DNA from: an uncultured delta proteobacterium
GTDB taxonomy: Bacteria; Desulfobacterota; Binatia; UBA9968
Assembly (NCBI GenBank): GCA_963771465.1
Contig: CAVYTU010000017.1
Span: 800,001 to 864,000 of the forward strand
Length of the DNA stretch: 64,000 nucleotides
Direction: 5' to 3'
Shown here: in pieces, positions 30,270-41,220 of the stretch
Position numbering within the stretch: position 1 is the first letter of the stretch
How the letters are laid out: the number at the start of each line of letters is the position of its first letter
Notes under the pieces: model-generated
What the model was told of the DNA's origin: nothing
The model's input: only the letters and a program-made list of their open reading frames with translations
Database searches by the model: none
Made by a program: the position numbers and the translations under genes

Positions 30270-31265
30270 ATGGCCAGTAAAAAATGGAACCTTGAAAGAC
30301 TTCGAAGCGAAAGCAGCTATTGGCGCTCGTGCATCTTGATCACCGCGGCCCATCTTGATCTGTTCGGTTGGATGGGCAAGCAGGAAAAAAGTTCCAGAGC
30401 GCTGGCTGCTCATTTTGGCGGCCATGCGGTGGGGTGGGAGATGTTTCTCAGTGCGCTCTGCGGCATGGGCTTGATGCGGAAGCGCGGCGCAAAATTTCGC
30501 AACTCCGCTTTTGCTTCGCGTCATCTTAGCGGCGCCGGAGCAACTTTGCTGCGGCCTAATTATGACGCTTGGAACAGCTGGGGTGGACTCGCTTCCAGCC
30601 TCATAAGCGGAAATAGACCGAGGACCCAAAAACCTTTCGTCTCGGATCGCGCCCAGGCTAAGCGCTTACTTTGCGCTCTGGATCTCCACGCTCAGCAGAT
30701 TGCGCCTTATCTGATCGAGAAATTACCTCTGGCCCGCTGCCGAACTCTGCTGGATGTCGGCGGCGGGCTGGGAAGTTTTGTCGGCGCTTTTTGTCGTCAT
30801 TATCCTCACCTGCGTGGAACTCTTGTTGAGCATCCGAAGATTCTTTCTCTGGCGCGACGAGCGCTCAGCGACTCGGGTATGGCGAAAAGAGTGCGCCTCA
30901 TCGGACTGGATTTTTCACGGGATGCTCTGCCCCGAGGATTCGATTGCGTATTCCTCTCCAATGTCTTACACGCCCATGGGGTCGCTGAAAATCGCTCCCT
31001 ACTTACCCAACTCCATCGCTGTCTGAATACTCGGGGGCATTTGATCCTGCGCGATGTTTTCATGAGTCGGGATAGGACCGCTCCCGAGTGGGGGACGCTT
31101 TTTTCCGTTTCACTTCTTTTGCACACGCCCCAAGGACGCTGTTACGCTTTGGACGAGATTCTCGGATGGCTGCGCCAAGCTGGGTTCTCACGCATAAGAG
31201 GCCCCTTCCGCAGCAGCCCGCTGCCTTTTGATCCCGATTCGATTTTAATCGCGACGAAGAGCTAG
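30270..31265 (+). CDS. SAM-dependent O-methyltransferase (family 2)
   Basis: LLDVGGGLG; dimerisation N-terminus; FLSNVLH. Confidence 0.85.
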   Translation: MASKKWNLERLRSESSYWRSCILITAAHLDLFGWMGKQEKSSRALAAHFGGHAVGWEMFLSALCGMGLMRKRGAKFRNSAFASRHLSGAGATLLRPNYDAWNSWGGLASSLISGNRPRTQKPFVSDRAQAKRLLCALDLHAQQIAPYLIEKLPLARCRTLLDVGGGLGSFVGAFCRHYPHLRGTLVEHPKILSLARRALSDSGMAKRVRLIGLDFSRDALPRGFDCVFLSNVLHAHGVAENRSLLTQLHRCLNTRGHLILRDVFMSRDRTAPEWGTLFSVSLLLHTPQGRCYALDEILGWLRQAGFSRIRGPFRSSPLPFDPDSILIATKS

Positions 31266-31296
31266 CGATCAAATAATGGACATAGTGTGACTCGAA

Positions 31297-31320
31297 ATAA
31301 TCAGGGACATCATAGTTATG
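31297..31320 (+). repeat. Direct repeat copy 2
   Basis: ATAATCAGGGACATCATAGTTATG. Confidence 0.8.
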
Positions 31321-32361
31321 ATCGGTATTAGTGCTAAACCGCTATTGCAGAAACGTCACCGTGCCTTGCTAACTATCCAAAGTATCGCACTGAGTATCGT
31401 GCTCTATGGGACGGCGCTTTGCTTGGCTCAAGAGCGACCGACGATTCTCGCCGGCCATGGGACTTTATCGGCGTCGATCCTGCCGCTCTGGGTGGGCGTT
31501 GACGCCAAGCTGTTCGAGAAGCACGGCTTGCAAGTCAAACCGATCTATTTGCCGCGCGCCGCCGGCCGGCCGGCGCTGCTCAGCGGCGACATACAGGTTT
31601 ATTTTTCTGCCGGCCCGCCGTTGGTGCAGATGCGTTTGGGCGGCGCCGACGTCGCGGTGGCGTCGTGTGTGGTGCACAAGCTGACATCGAAGATCATGGT
31701 CATTCCCGCCATTCAGAAAATTGCCGATCTGCGCGGTAAAGTTTTGGCGGTGGCCAATCCGGGTTCGGCCAGCGATTTTGCCGCCAAGTTATTTTTCGCG
31801 CGCCAAGGCATGAAGCCCGGTCAGGATATTTCCATCATCTACAGCGGCTCGACCAGCGCGGCCTTCGCGGCGCTGGTCAATGGCAGAGTTCAGGGTATCT
31901 TCGCTTCCTCGCCGAACGATATCCAGGCGGCGGCGGCAGGTTTTAAGCCGCTCTTGGAATTGGGCGATTTGAACATTCCCTATGCCGGTAATTGCAGCGC
32001 GGTGATGCGCTCTTACATCGCCAAACAGCCGGCGCGCGTGCGCAGCTTCGTCGCCGGCATTACCGAAGCGATCGCGCATATCAGACGGCGGCCAAGCGAA
32101 GCCAAGGCGAGCTTGGAAAAGTATACTCGAGTTTCGGATCAGGCAATTCTGCAGCACGCCTATGACGCCGATACCCGTTACATGGAGTCGGTACCCAATC
32201 CAACTCCTGAAGGGACCAGGACGATCTTGGAAAATTTAGGGGTGACGGGTCGGGTCGCCGAGCAGTTTGTCGCGGAGTTTAACGACGGCCGCTTTATGAA
32301 GCAGATCATCGACGATGGTTTGTTAAAGCAGATCTATCCCGGCGGCGTTCCGGCGCGATAG
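31318..32361 (+). CDS. NMT1/TauA-type ABC substrate-binding protein
   Basis: LFEKHGL, ALLSGDIQ, DLRGKVLAV..PGSASD. Confidence 0.85.
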   Translation: MIGISAKPLLQKRHRALLTIQSIALSIVLYGTALCLAQERPTILAGHGTLSASILPLWVGVDAKLFEKHGLQVKPIYLPRAAGRPALLSGDIQVYFSAGPPLVQMRLGGADVAVASCVVHKLTSKIMVIPAIQKIADLRGKVLAVANPGSASDFAAKLFFARQGMKPGQDISIIYSGSTSAAFAALVNGRVQGIFASSPNDIQAAAAGFKPLLELGDLNIPYAGNCSAVMRSYIAKQPARVRSFVAGITEAIAHIRRRPSEAKASLEKYTRVSDQAILQHAYDADTRYMESVPNPTPEGTRTILENLGVTGRVAEQFVAEFNDGRFMKQIIDDGLLKQIYPGGVPAR

Positions 32362-32413
32362 AAGATTTGCGTAATTTCGCCAGCGCTGCCGCTCGGCGCA
32401 GCGTGTCGAACAG

Positions 32414-33262
32414 CTAGAACGGGTATGTGGCTCCGCCACCGACGGGTAAAATCTGCCCGGTGATAAAAGACGCGTCGTGGGAGAGCAGGAATACGATTGC
32501 CGATGCTTGTTCTTCCGACGTCCCTTCACGACCCATAGGGACTTCGTATTTATGGCGTTCTTCGCGCTCCTTGCTGCCTTCTATTTCATACCAGCGCGCT
32601 CCGTCGGGCGGTTTCTTCGGTCCGGCAGGAGGCACCCCATAGCTTCTTGGAGTCACTTTGTCGGTGGAGCGGCTTGAACCGGGAGCGATACAGTTTACCC
32701 GGATGCCTGTTTCCGCCACCTCTTTGGCGAGCGACGTAGTGAGCGCGATGACGCCGCCCTTGGACGCGGCATAGGGAACCCGCCCGGTGCTCGCCACCGC
32801 GTGGGTGGCAAGGTTGCAGATGGCGCCGCTGCGTTGCTCGATCATATACGGCAGCACGGCCCAACAGAGCCACATGCTGGGCCAAAAATTCTTCTTAACG
32901 GTCGCTTCAATTTGCTCCGGATTGAGCAGCTGATAATCATAGTGCCAAACGCTGCCGCCGACGATATTGGCCAATGCGTCGATCTTGCCGTAAGCGTCTT
33001 TGGCACATCTCATCAACGCTTGCACGTCTTTGAGTTCTCTGAGATCGCCAACAAACGGAGTCGCGGATTCGCCGAAATCGGCGATCTCTTTACACACTCG
33101 CTGTGCGGTATCCTCGACCTGGTCGGCGACCACCAGTTTGGCGCCTTCCTGGGCCAGGCGACGCGCAGTGGCGCGGCCGATCCCTTGGCCGGCGCCCGCC
33201 ACGATAGCGACTTGGCCTTCAAACCGCCGCCCGCCAGCGGCGCGCGAATCTAAATCTGCCAT
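32414..33262 (-). CDS. Short-chain dehydrogenase (BenD/XylL cis-diol dehydrogenase-like)
   Basis: GAGQGIG; PYAASKGGV; N-terminal RFEGQVAIV. Confidence 0.85.
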   Translation of the reverse strand: MADLDSRAAGGRRFEGQVAIVAGAGQGIGRATARRLAQEGAKLVVADQVEDTAQRVCKEIADFGESATPFVGDLRELKDVQALMRCAKDAYGKIDALANIVGGSVWHYDYQLLNPEQIEATVKKNFWPSMWLCWAVLPYMIEQRSGAICNLATHAVASTGRVPYAASKGGVIALTTSLAKEVAETGIRVNCIAPGSSRSTDKVTPRSYGVPPAGPKKPPDGARWYEIEGSKEREERHKYEVPMGREGTSEEQASAIVFLLSHDASFITGQILPVGGGATYPF

Positions 33263-33292
33263 CGAATCCTCCGGTCAGCTTTCGTCTTTCGT

Positions 33293-34495
33293 TCACTGAT
33301 TCGCTTGCAACCACTCCGGCCGTTGCCATGGGTGCAGCGGCAAACCCTCGGCGAGGGCGTTGAGTTCTTGACTCCACAGCTTGCGAAACAAAATGACGGC
33401 TACGTCCGATCGCCCAAGGTGATCCTTTCGTCGATCGACAATGCGCGCCTGGCCGACTTGCGCTACCGCATCTTGCATGAGTCCCACGTTGGCGCCAGCG
33501 CCGGTGGCAAAAACTTTTTCCTTGGCGGCGATAGTTTCGGCTTCTTCGATCGTCATCTTGCCGGCCAACACTTTTTCGGAAAGCTCTGCGGCGCGCGCAC
33601 TGAGCGCGAGCATGTCTTCTTCCTTGCCGCCGCCATCGGTCGCCCACCGTCTACGACTATTTGCCGCATAAATGGTAAATTCGATACCGGTTTCATCATC
33701 GATCGGCACGTTCCAATTCAAACTGCCAAGTTTCCCCATCTCTTCCTGGATGCCGACTCGATGCGGATTGCCCTGGCGCTTTTCATGAACATTGGGCAAG
33801 CCCATGGCGGTGATCCAGGTGCGTCCGTCCGGTTCGGTAATGCGATTGATCAACCCCCACTCCATTTCCTCTGACGTCATCGTCATCAGATTCTCGCGCT
33901 TCCAATCGTTGCCGAATACCCAGCGATTGCGATGCACGAACGGGGTGTGAATGGGATCGCAGTGGTTTTCGATATATTGAAAAAAATTACATTTTCGAAT
34001 GTAGTAGCGCACGCCATTGACGCCCACCTTGTCCCAGTCAGGATAGCGCGGGAATGGCGGCGGCTCGCCTTCGCCGAGATACGCAAAGATAAGCCCCAAA
34101 TAGTCCTGCGTGGGATAAGTGCGAATGCGGATCTTCCCAGCGAACGATTCCTGCTCCGCGGGCTGTTCGACGCACTGGCCGGTCTGGTCAAATTTCCAGC
34201 CGTGGTATAAGCAGCGGATACAATCGTCCTCGACCCAACCCGCAGATAGTTGTGTGCCTCGATGCGGACAACGGAACTCAGTGAGATGGGGTTGATTGCT
34301 CTGGCCACGGTAGAGGGTAAAATCCTCGCTCATGATGCGCACGGGAAGAGCCCGGCCCGCCGGCACATCCTGGCTGCGGTAGACGGGTTGCCAGAACTTC
34401 CGCATGTATTGGCCCGCTAGGGTGTCGGGCCCAGTGCGGGCAAAATCGATAAAATTCTTTTCCTCGGATGAATTCCCTTGAACATCGTTAGCCAT
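33293..34495 (-). CDS. Rieske non-heme iron oxygenase (phthalate dioxygenase/LigXa-like)
   Basis: CPHRG...CLYHGW; ENHCDPIHTPFVH. Confidence 0.88.
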   Translation of the reverse strand: MANDVQGNSSEEKNFIDFARTGPDTLAGQYMRKFWQPVYRSQDVPAGRALPVRIMSEDFTLYRGQSNQPHLTEFRCPHRGTQLSAGWVEDDCIRCLYHGWKFDQTGQCVEQPAEQESFAGKIRIRTYPTQDYLGLIFAYLGEGEPPPFPRYPDWDKVGVNGVRYYIRKCNFFQYIENHCDPIHTPFVHRNRWVFGNDWKRENLMTMTSEEMEWGLINRITEPDGRTWITAMGLPNVHEKRQGNPHRVGIQEEMGKLGSLNWNVPIDDETGIEFTIYAANSRRRWATDGGGKEEDMLALSARAAELSEKVLAGKMTIEEAETIAAKEKVFATGAGANVGLMQDAVAQVGQARIVDRRKDHLGRSDVAVILFRKLWSQELNALAEGLPLHPWQRPEWLQANQ

Positions 34496-34754
34496 CGCTT
34501 ACCTCCATCGTTGATCCGCAAAAACGCCGTCGCGGTGTGTGATAACAAGTTGCGTCGATGGTTTTGAAATAGCTATTCGCTCGCGCCTTGTCAAACCGAT
34601 GATGTGACGCCAACAGTGCGCAGACGTCTGTCACGTTTCCCGCCTTTGAATTTGGCCCTCAGTTGCAAGCGAAGGCTTCTCAAATACCTGAATTGACATC
34701 CCCATACCGCTGCCCTATATGTAAACTGCTTCACCCGAACTCTCCTCGAAATTC

Positions 34755-35879
34755 ATGACATTGGAGAAGATCCTCATGAGAAATAGAAACCTTCGAGTAA
34801 GCTGGAAGTGGATATTGGCGTTGCTTTTGATCGGAGTTTTCCACCATTCGGCGGCCATCGCACAAAGCAAAGAAGCCCGGCTCAAGGTCAGCAAAGATGA
34901 GATCTTGGCGCGGGCGAAGCGGGAAGGAAAACTGTCATTGGTCCCCGGCTATGACAAAAGCACCATTGGCCCACTGGTTTCCGCCTTTACGAAAAAGTAT
35001 CCCTTCATCGATGTTTCGTGGCAGATGGTCACGGGAATTGCTGCGTCGCAAAGGCAATTGTTCGAGCTTGCGGCGGGCAAAGCCGATGTCGACGTCTTCA
35101 GCCCAAGCACGGTGTTCACGAGCGAGTATTTCAAGCAGAACCTGATCATGAAATACGATTTTCACGCCATGGCAAAGTCGGCTCAGCTCAAGATTCCCAC
35201 GGAGATGATCGATGAGTCGGGTGTGATGGCTTGGTTGGGCTCGAACGTCGGCGTGTTTGTTTATAACTCGAAACTGGTTCCGGCAGACAAAGCGCCCAAG
35301 CGCTGGGAGCAGTGCATCGAGCCGCAGTGGAAAGGCAAGATCGGCGTCGACACCAAGCCAAGCATACTTTCTTGGCTCGTTCCAACTTGGGGAGAAGAAA
35401 AAGTATTGGGATTTGCGCGCAACTTGAAAGCCAACGACCCGCGCTGGGTTCGTGGCCAGACTGGGAGTTTGGCGCTAATGGCTGCCGGCGAGTTCGTCGT
35501 CGACTGCGGCATGTATTTGCATACCGCAAATCGTGCTTTGAAGAGAGACCCGGCCATGCCGATCAAGATAGTTATCCCTGAGGACGTCGTTGCGACGTCG
35601 TTCCACGAGCCGGAGGCTATTTATGCGCGCGCCCAGCATCCCCACGCAGGCCTCTTGTGGATGGAATTTATCGCCTCCACGGAGGGACAGGCACTTGTCG
35701 ATGCGCAAGACCCGGGCAAGGCATCTTTTTTTGGCGAGGGAACTCTGGCGGGTAAAGTAATGCAAGGTCGCAAGGTCTCGCGCTGCAACGCGGTTTGTCG
35801 CAACCAAGAAGATAAAATGATCGAGCGAATTGCCGTGGAGGGATGGGGGCTGCCCAAAGCCGGGGTTCGGCCAAAGTAA
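34755..35879 (+). CDS. Fe3+/thiamine-type extracellular solute-binding protein
   Basis: Signal peptide; AKREGKL; YNSKLV; HPHAGLLWMEF. Confidence 0.8.
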   Translation: MTLEKILMRNRNLRVSWKWILALLLIGVFHHSAAIAQSKEARLKVSKDEILARAKREGKLSLVPGYDKSTIGPLVSAFTKKYPFIDVSWQMVTGIAASQRQLFELAAGKADVDVFSPSTVFTSEYFKQNLIMKYDFHAMAKSAQLKIPTEMIDESGVMAWLGSNVGVFVYNSKLVPADKAPKRWEQCIEPQWKGKIGVDTKPSILSWLVPTWGEEKVLGFARNLKANDPRWVRGQTGSLALMAAGEFVVDCGMYLHTANRALKRDPAMPIKIVIPEDVVATSFHEPEAIYARAQHPHAGLLWMEFIASTEGQALVDAQDPGKASFFGEGTLAGKVMQGRKVSRCNAVCRNQEDKMIERIAVEGWGLPKAGVRPK

Positions 35880-35907
35880 TCTCGGCTAATAACATCAAGC
35901 GCTATCA

Positions 35908-37695
35908 CTACTCGCGCTGGCGACCGCTAAAGGCATCCTCAACGAGCCGGCGCGATAGTAGAGTCAGCAGCGTAACGGTAATAATTAACAGCACTCCCAA
36001 TGCCGCAGCGCCGGAGAAGTCGGCGTTTCGATCCCAGAGAAAAAACAACAAGACACTGACCGTCTCGGTCTCCGGCGTGCTCAGCATCAATGGGATAGTC
36101 AGACTGCGCAAGCTATGGGACGCCACCCAGATGAAGCCCATCACGAAGGGAGGGAGGATCAGCGGTAAAGTGATTCTAAACAATACCGTCAAGCGCCGGG
36201 CACCGCTCACCAACCCCGCCTCCTCCAGCTCTTTATGAATTTGGGTCAGCGCGCCGTTCATGAGTCTTGTCGCAAACGGTAAATAGGAGACGAGCAGCCC
36301 CGCCACGATGATCCACAGGCTACCGTAGATGGGCAGCCAGCGCAGGGCCGGATGCAGATAGGTAAACACCAGTCCGAGAGCGATCACGGAGCCAGGCAGC
36401 ACGTGCGGCACGAAGATCGCCGCATCGAGGAAAAAACGGCCGGCGAGGCGCGACCGCACGACCACCCACGAGATAAAAAACGCCAGCGTCATCGTCATCA
36501 CCGCGGTGCCCGCGCCGAGAACCAGCGTGTTGATAACAACTCTGCCGATGTTCGGCCAATTCAAGATCTCCAAATACTTCTTAAAGGTTAATAAGCCGAG
36601 CGCCTCGACTGAGGGGGGCCGATAGCTCGGCAGCAGCGATGCCCACAGAAGGATCAGTAGCGGGATCGCGGTGCTGAGGAGAAAGTAGAGGAAAAAAAGT
36701 CCGAAAGCGGGATAGCGCCACTTGCCCAGCTGAATGATCCGCGTCTGGGCCGCCTTACCGGTGACGGTAACGTACTTCTGCCGCTCGGCTTGCTTGATGA
36801 TAAAATGAAAATAGGCATAGGACAGAGTAAGTGCGATGATAATGAATGGCGAGGACAGCGCGGTTGCCAAACCCCACTCGATCGGTGTGCTGTAGAAAGC
36901 GCTGAAAAAAATTAGCGTGGGCAAAACATAGACCTGTTTCTGCAATCCCAACAGCAGCGGAATATCCATGTCGTTCAAGTCGCCGGCGAATTTGTACAGC
37001 GTCGCCACGGTCAGCGCGGGCATGAGCACTGGCAGAGTGACTTTCCAGAGCGTGATTCTCTTGTTGGCGCCACTGACATGGGCCGCGTCTTCGATTTCCT
37101 GATTGATCAGCCGAAAAGCTCCGACCACAAGTAGAAACACCGTCGTCAATCCGGTGATGGAATTGACGAAGATCATTCCACCCAGGGAGTAAATATTGAT
37201 CGGCCCCGTCTCCAAATTTAAGCCGAATAAGCCGAGCAGCGCGCGCAAAATCGTGTTGATCACCCCGACGCGCGGGTTGAGCAGCAAGATCCAGCTCATG
37301 GTCAGAAGAAACGACGGCATGCCGATAGGCAGCAGGATCAGCATCCACGCCACGCGCCGAAAGGGCATGTCCGTGCGCTCCACCAGCCAGGCAAACAGCA
37401 CGGCGACGCACATCACCAGCACCACGCTGACGCCGGCGTAGATAAGCGAGTTTAGTAGCGTGGTATAGGTGAGCGAATAACTGTAGGTCAACGCATAATT
37501 GGCAAACGTAAACGGGCCCATGTCCAGAGGTGTGCCGGCGCGGAAGCTGACCATGACCACCATCAACAAAGGCACGACCAGGATCCAGAATAAGACGAAG
37601 CCGGCCAGCCCAACGAGGCTCGCCCGCATGATGCGGCGTCCCACGCCATTGAGAAAGGTTTGATAAGTCGCGGTTTCGGTGTAGTTGGCTGCCAA
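35908..37695 (-). CDS. Fe3+-type ABC permease (double BPD domain)
   Basis: Two EAA motifs (IEDAAHVSGA, LEEAGLVSGA). Confidence 0.88.
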   Translation of the reverse strand: MAANYTETATYQTFLNGVGRRIMRASLVGLAGFVLFWILVVPLLMVVMVSFRAGTPLDMGPFTFANYALTYSYSLTYTTLLNSLIYAGVSVVLVMCVAVLFAWLVERTDMPFRRVAWMLILLPIGMPSFLLTMSWILLLNPRVGVINTILRALLGLFGLNLETGPINIYSLGGMIFVNSITGLTTVFLLVVGAFRLINQEIEDAAHVSGANKRITLWKVTLPVLMPALTVATLYKFAGDLNDMDIPLLLGLQKQVYVLPTLIFFSAFYSTPIEWGLATALSSPFIIIALTLSYAYFHFIIKQAERQKYVTVTGKAAQTRIIQLGKWRYPAFGLFFLYFLLSTAIPLLILLWASLLPSYRPPSVEALGLLTFKKYLEILNWPNIGRVVINTLVLGAGTAVMTMTLAFFISWVVVRSRLAGRFFLDAAIFVPHVLPGSVIALGLVFTYLHPALRWLPIYGSLWIIVAGLLVSYLPFATRLMNGALTQIHKELEEAGLVSGARRLTVLFRITLPLILPPFVMGFIWVASHSLRSLTIPLMLSTPETETVSVLLFFLWDRNADFSGAAALGVLLIITVTLLTLLSRRLVEDAFSGRQRE

Positions 37696-37749
37696 GTGCT
37701 TCCCCGCTATTACGCTCTGGACGCCGCTTGATTCATCGGTCTTAGTTGC

Positions 37750-38565
37750 TCATGCTTGCAAGCCGTGCTTGGCATAAACATCCGTGCGGCGGTTTTTGAG
37801 CAGCGGCAGTTTCTCACGCGCTTCGCCGACTAACTTCAAATCGAGTTCGATCACTTTCAGTCCTTCGGTTTCTCCCAGATCGACAAGCGTGCGGCCCAGC
37901 GGGTCGACCGCCATGCTGTGGCCGGTGTAGATGTTGCCGACTTGGTTGGGCGCGATGACGAAGCAGCCGTTTTCCAATGCGCGCGCTTTGATCATCGTCT
38001 GCCAGTGCTCGACTTTGAGATCGCCTTGAACCCAGCCCGACGGCGCGACGAGAATATTGGCGCCGGAGAGAGCGAGCATGCGCGCCATCTCCGGAAAGCG
38101 CAGGTCGTAGCAAATCATCATGCCGCAGCGGCTTTCGGCAAATTCTACTAGCGGAGCGATATCTTCGCCGGGTTGAAACTTGTCGGACTCTTTGAAACCG
38201 AAGGCGTCGTACAAGTGTAGCTTGCGGTAAACCGAAGCGACGCTGCCGTTGGCATCGATCCACACTGAGGTGTCGAAAACCCGCTGGGCCACCGGGCTGG
38301 TTTCGTAGATCGGCGCGATGACGGCGATCTGATTTGTATTCGCCGCATCGCGCAGCGCCGTGATAAAAGCGCCGTCGACTGATTCGGCGACTTGGGTCAA
38401 CTCTTGCGCTGTTTGCTGAGCAGGAGAGAACGCCATCAGAAATTCGGGGAAGGCGATCAGCTCCGCGTCTTTGCGCTTGGCTTCTTTGATCAGCGTGAGC
38501 GCTGTTTGGAGATTTTGCTGCTTGTCGGTTGACGATGCAATTTGGGCAATGGCGAATTTTTTCAT
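37750..38565 (-). CDS. Carbon-nitrogen hydrolase (Nit1-like)
   Basis: FPE, YRKLHLYD, ICYDLRFPE. Confidence 0.9.
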   Translation of the reverse strand: MKKFAIAQIASSTDKQQNLQTALTLIKEAKRKDAELIAFPEFLMAFSPAQQTAQELTQVAESVDGAFITALRDAANTNQIAVIAPIYETSPVAQRVFDTSVWIDANGSVASVYRKLHLYDAFGFKESDKFQPGEDIAPLVEFAESRCGMMICYDLRFPEMARMLALSGANILVAPSGWVQGDLKVEHWQTMIKARALENGCFVIAPNQVGNIYTGHSMAVDPLGRTLVDLGETEGLKVIELDLKLVGEAREKLPLLKNRRTDVYAKHGLQA

Positions 38566-38654
38566 CGGCGCTACCTGGTTCAATCGATCGATGACGGCTG
38601 GATAATGTTTGCCAGTCACGCTATCCAAGTAGAAACCTTCGGTCAACCCGTTCC

Positions 38655-40100
38655 ATGGCGCAAACCTCTCTCACTCCTCGCATCCAACGGCTCGCTTTAT
38701 TCAACTGCTGCCTGGGTCAGTTCATGAGCGCGGTGGACTCGCGCTCGGTGACCATCGCGCTGCCGACGATATCGCTGCATTTCGGTCTTTCGCTGGACGT
38801 CGTGCAATGGATTCCCCTGGCTTATCAGTTGACCATCGTCGGCTTGGTTCTGAGCATGGCGCGTTTGGGCGACATGTTGGGGCGGAAGAAAGTGTATGCC
38901 GTGGGTTTTCTCTTGCTGGCGACGGGCTCGACGGCTTGCGGGCTGAGCGAATATTTTTGGCTGCTGATTCTTTCTCGCGTCATCGAAGCCGCCGGCGGCG
39001 CCATGGTGCTCGCCAACGGCCGCTCCATCGCATCGACGCTTTATGCCGCTGAAGGCCGCGGCCGCGCGCTCGGCATGATGTCGATGGCGTTTCATGTCGG
39101 CTACATCGCCGGCCCTTCCGTCGGCGGCTTCTTGGTCGATACCGTTGGCTGGCGTTGGTCGTTCTTCATGATCTCGCCCTTGGCGCTCTTGGCGGGTTAC
39201 ATGTCTTGGAAGATTCTGCCGGAGTCGGCCGCCGACAAAGGCGAAGTGACGATCGATCCCTTTGGGCATGTTAGCGCTGTTACTGGTGGCGGTTTCGGTC
39301 ATTGTCGGCCTCCAGCAGATCGCCAAATCCGGCTTCGGCGCATTGCCGATGATATTGTTTCTGTTTGCGGCTTTGTGTTTTTGGTTGTTGCTGCGGGTCG
39401 AGGCTAAAGTTTCGGCGCCGCTGCTCGATCTTGTCGTTGTTCAAGCTTCGCATGCTGACCGCCGCCGTCTTGAGCCACTTTTTCGTGGTCATCACCCATG
39501 CCTCGACATTTTTTCTCCTGCCGTTTTTTCTCCAAGGAATCTTGAAGGTCTCGCCGACGCGAGTTGGGTTGACGATGATTTTCTTTTCGCTGGTGATTGT
39601 CTGTCTGGCGCCGATTGGCGGTTGGCTCGGCGATAAGCTCGGCTCTCGGCTACTTTGCACCGTCGGTTCCATCCTGACGGCGCTCAGCATGGTGGGCTTC
39701 GCTCGCCTGGATGGCGAGAGCACGCAGTTCACGGTTATGCTTTCGCTTATGCTTTTGGGTTTGGGCTGGTCGTGTTTTCAGTCGCCAAACCTAAGCGGCA
39801 TGTTCAATGCCGTCGGGCCGCGCCACGTCGGTTCGGTGAGCGGCTTGTCGCTGACTTCGGCCAACGTCGGCAATGCGATGGGCGTCGCCGTAGGCAGTCT
39901 GCTGTTCCTACGCTGGTTGAATTACTATGGTCTCGAAGGCGCGGTGGTGCCGCCGTACACGGAGTGGGGCGCGAGCCCGGAGATGTTTATCAAGTCGTTT
40001 CAGAACGCTTGGCTGGTGATCGCCGCGCTCGGTTCGGTAGCGATCGTCACGTCAGCGATGCGCGGCGCGGAGGAGGAGGAAGATGACTGGAGTGGACTGA
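38655..40100 (+). CDS. MFS transporter, DHA2/EmrB-like (frameshifts near 39260 and 39430; end approximate)
   Basis: ALPTI, RLGDMLGRKK, GGWLGDKLGSR. Confidence 0.85.
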
Positions 40101-40150
40101 TGGCGTATTGGAGTGATGAGTTTCAGATACTCGAATACTCCATCACTCCA
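40101..40150. repeat. TGGAGTnn octamer palindromic element
   Basis: TGGCGTAT TGGAGTGA ... ATACTCCA TCACTCCA between convergent genes. Confidence 0.7.
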
Positions 40151-40153
40151 ATT

Positions 40154-41209
40154 TCAGTAGTTCAGTGACGTACCGGAGTTTTTCGCTTTGATATTTTCTA
40201 GGACTTTCGCGCCTAGTGCTACGTCGGCGACGCCTTGGCCGGCGTTGTTCTTGTAAAAAGTGATTTGATCGAGGCGGGTGCGGCCTTCGCTGTTGCCTGC
40301 GAGGATCGAGCCGATCTCGATCAGCTGCTCCCACTTGATGACGCCGCGGTTTACCGGATCGAAAATATCGGCTTGCTCATCCTGCATCGCTTGTTGGATC
40401 GATACGATGGCGTGCACGTCGCTACGCGCCAGCGTGGCGTCGTCGATCTCGCGCCGCTTGGCGGCGGTGAAACCGCCTTTGACGAGACCGACGTTGCTGC
40501 CGACGATGGTCGTCACATGCTGGCCGGGCACCAATAAATTACCGTCAAACACCGGTACACTGGAATTGGTCGCGGTTAGAACGATATCGACGCCGCGCAC
40601 GGCCTCAGCCGGCGACGATACCGGAGTGATGTTGAGGTTGGTTACCCGGCCCATTTCTTCGGCGAATTGTTTTCGATTCGCCGGATTGCGGCTGAAGACT
40701 TTGACGGTTTTCAGTTGGCGCACTTGCATGAGCGCGAGCAAGTGATTTTTCGCCTGTCCGGCGGCGCCGAAGATACCCAGGCTTGTGGCATCGGGCCGCG
40801 CCAGCAGATCGGTGCCCACGGCGCTGGTCGCCGCGGTGCGCAGGCCGGTGACCGCGATGTTGTCGGGCAACTCGCTGCAGGTTATCTCGCCGACGATGAT
40901 GCCTTTAAGTTCGCCTTCAGCGGCGTCGTAGAGCACGATGACGGGATGATTGAGGCGCGGATAGACTTGTTCGTTGGCCATCGGCTTGACCCATTCGCAG
41001 TGGGTCATCAGGCCGGTGGCGTTGGCCGCGGGTACGCCGCCTTGATGGACGCTGACGCGCACGCCGGAGGGAATATGAATGCGCCGGCGCGGCGCGTTGA
41101 GCTGCGGGTTCTCACCCCACTGGCGAAATCCCAAACGCACGGCTTCGACCGCTTCGTTCATGGTGACGATGCCGCGAATTTCTTGCGGACTGACGAGAAT
41201 GGGTTGCAT
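40154..41209 (-). CDS. Ornithine cyclodeaminase/mu-crystallin family protein
   Basis: TGLRTAATS; GAAGQA; GVADVA. Confidence 0.88.
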   Translation of the reverse strand: MQPILVSPQEIRGIVTMNEAVEAVRLGFRQWGENPQLNAPRRRIHIPSGVRVSVHQGGVPAANATGLMTHCEWVKPMANEQVYPRLNHPVIVLYDAAEGELKGIIVGEITCSELPDNIAVTGLRTAATSAVGTDLLARPDATSLGIFGAAGQAKNHLLALMQVRQLKTVKVFSRNPANRKQFAEEMGRVTNLNITPVSSPAEAVRGVDIVLTATNSSVPVFDGNLLVPGQHVTTIVGSNVGLVKGGFTAAKRREIDDATLARSDVHAIVSIQQAMQDEQADIFDPVNRGVIKWEQLIEIGSILAGNSEGRTRLDQITFYKNNAGQGVADVALGAKVLENIKAKNSGTSLNY

Positions 41210-41220
41210 GGAAACTTCAC

